This document shows, one piece after another, positions 41,712 to 47,190 of a stretch of 47,190 bases of DNA. The position numbers and the translations under genes were made by a program. Every line of letters begins with the position of its first letter. Positions within the stretch are counted from its first letter, which is position 1. The notes beneath the pieces are model-generated. The model searched no databases and was not told the origin of the DNA. It saw only the letters and a list, made by a program, of their open reading frames with translations. The DNA is from Eledone cirrhosa (Eukaryota), in the NCBI GenBank assembly GCA_964016885.1, contig CAXHJY010000290.1, positions 1-47,190 of the forward strand, in the 5' to 3' direction.

Positions 41712-42457
41712 TGGGAGTTTGTGCAGTGGGGTGATAGTGGAGGGTGGTGCTGGGTGATAGCTCGAATGTTTTTTTCCAGTTCTTTTGCCAGATTCATTAT
41801 GGCTAAAAAAGAGGAAGAAGTTTCCTGTTTAGAAGACTGTTGGTGACTGTGGTAGTGGTTATTTTTATGTAGGTTATGGTTTTTGTTTTTGCTTTTATTT
41901 TTAATTTTATTTTCATTTATCCGACGGGTCCCCGGGAGATGGGTAAAGGGACAATCCCGGTCTAAACACAATCTGTCTCGCAGGGAAAAACGGCAGATTT
42001 GTGGATTCCTTGTTTGAGTTATTGGTGGTTGTGTTGGTGTTAAATTAGAGTATGTATTATGGTGGTGGCTGTTTGTGGGGATAGATCGTTTTGTCCTAGG
42101 TAAATGGGTGAATTTGCAGCCACTATCCGTACATATTCTATAGCGTAGAGAGTAGCGGCAAATGATGGGGTTTCGAGTGGGTGGGTATGTGGGTGTGTGT
42201 GTTGTGAGAGGTGTAGATGATGGTTTGGGTAGGATTTGACGACCTTTGTGGACTATGGGAGGGAGAGTTCTTGTACTGGTATTAGAAGGTAAATTCCTTT
42301 GCATAGCAGTAGACAAAAATGTTGTTGTAGTAGTAGTAGGCAGAGATGTTGGCAGTGGTGATGATTGGACTGCTGGGCCAGAGAAAGGATGTGGCGTTTC
42401 ATGCTGTGAGACAGAGGCTACTGGGGGGTCAATAGTTTCATTTAGTAGATCGGCCAT
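41699..42457 (-). CDS. ORF1 protein (~252 aa) with two CCCH zinc fingers
   Basis: ATG at 42457 (MADLLNE); [19 protein letters not shown] and [19 protein letters not shown]; overlaps ORF2 start. Confidence 0.75.
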
Positions 42458-42575
42458 TGTTGATGAATCAAGGAGTGGTTCACACTGTTGTTGTCGTTGT
42501 TGTTGTTGTTGCTGTTGTTGATGTTGTTGTTGTAGCTGTTGTTGATGTTGTTGTTGTAGCTGTTGTTGTTGTTGT

Positions 42576-43953
<1,378 letters not shown>

Positions 43954-43956
<3 letters not shown>

Positions 43957-44816
43957 TATGAAGAGAGAAGAAACATTTAGATATAATTAGTAATAAAATA
44001 TATCATACCTAAACTGCTTCTAAATTTATCAAGAGGATACCTCATTTTACTAGTCTCAAGAACGCGTCTACACGACGTGAGAAAGAATCCCAAAAAGCGG
44101 AGGGGGAGATAGTCACGCGATATAACGGTCGAGAAACAGAGCTAAGCCTCTTATAACCCCGAAGAAAATACCACGGAGGTGGAGGGGGTATTTATATCGA
44201 GGCCGTAGAAGAGGTGGTGTAGGCGGCGAGAAGTATGAGTAATGGAAGCTTTCCAGCTGTCCTCACACTTCAAAGATTGCTCGACCAGAGGGAGTTATTA
44301 ACAATATATTTAGAAACACACAGATACATGCGGACACACACATATATACATGAATGCATCCGCACCCAACTGTGAGTTAAGGGTGCCAACTTCACCGATG
44401 TTGCTCAATGAATGACTGGAACAGACCTATCCAGTTGAACTGGACTGAACCAGTATCAGAGTTAAAAATGCATTATGAAGAGAGAAGAAACATTTAGATA
44501 TAATTAGTAATAAAATGTATCATACCTAAACTGCTTCTAAATTCCTCGACTACGTAGTTTCGTGGCATAAACAAAAACAATATATCATAAAGACATAGAG
44601 TACTTGCGAGGTCTGCCGACTTATCAAGAGGATACCTCATTTTACTAGTCTCAAGAACGCGTCTACACGACGTGAGAAAGAATCCCAAAAGGCGGAGGGG
44701 GAGAATAGTCACGCGATATAACGGTCGAGAAACAGAGCTAAGCCTCTTATAACCCCGAGGAAAATACTGGTTCAGTCTAGTTCAACTGGATAGGTCTGTT
44801 CCAGTCATTCATTGAG
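43954..44816 (-). mobile_element. Family I: non-coding tandem-repeat PLE-type / retrozyme-like element with inverted end segment
   Basis: Direct repeat 43954-44171 / 44471-44767; inverted repeat 44404-44456 / 44764-44816; hammerhead in the second repeat. Confidence 0.7.
44543..44632 (-). ncRNA. Type I hammerhead ribozyme with U3:A8 variant core
   Basis: TCCTC-TTGATAA-GTCGGCA..TGCCAC-GAAAC-TACGTA-GTC-GAGGA. Confidence 0.75.
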
Positions 44817-46309
<1,493 letters not shown>

Positions 46310-46509
46310 CGTTATTCCGGGTTGAATCGGAGGTAACCACAGTAGGTAAGGTACTCAATACATAGCAGAGTATAACAGTTTTAATATAGATGAGATTCTA
46401 CAGGACTAGAACTGTTTCATTCATTAGAAATCATCAGGAATCTGCTTCCTGATGATTTCTAATGAATGAAACAGTTCTAGTCCTGTAGAATCTCATCTAT
46501 ATTAAAACT
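46310..46509. mobile_element. Family C fold-back mini-insertion with hammerheads on both strands
   Basis: 67-nt tail, arms 46377-46440 / 46446-46509, 5-nt spacer; hammerhead at 46393-46443 (-) and 46446-46490 (+, 3-bp stem I). Confidence 0.85.
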
Positions 46510-47187
<678 letters not shown>

Positions 47188-47190
47188 GGG

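Larger units (their letters stand above)
38603..42575 (-). mobile_element. LINE-2 of window: near full-length CR1/L2-group non-LTR retrotransposon
   Basis: (CAA)n leader, ORF1, APE-RT ORF2, 3' stem-loop, (TTCAAAGTTA)2 tail. Confidence 0.93.

Noticed and set aside
42487-42575. Poly-Q tract at the N-terminus of LINE-2 ORF1
   Set aside because: (CAA)n lies upstream of the first plausible ATG (42457); no start codon in non-microsatellite sequence precedes it

Overview
Eukaryotic, gene-free, repeat-dense window, probably from a cephalopod such as Octopus (inferred from the SINE and LINE-tail motifs). About two thirds is interrupted (TA)n microsatellite, and all the YIYI/IYIY ORFs are translation artefacts of it. 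Every non-microsatellite island is a mobile element or fragment embedded in TA. These are: two decayed CR1/L2-group LINEs with CCCH-finger ORF1s plus an internal fragment of one; two 5'-truncated Penelope-like elements (PLE; RT + GIY-YIG) and a third PLE remnant; a non-autonomous Helitron; a tRNA-derived SINE; and an RTE-derived non-autonomous element. Several small non-coding families are also present. The main signal is a community of Penelope-related non-coding elements. At least four unrelated families carry readable minimal type I hammerhead ribozymes, including a rare U3:A8 covariant core, and two more degenerate hammerheads are visible. Several families share a 'fold-back plus 54-71 nt unpaired tail' or a 'monomer plus terminal direct repeat' architecture, like retrozymes or PLE-derived MITEs. 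All folds and alignments were done by eye; no searches were run.
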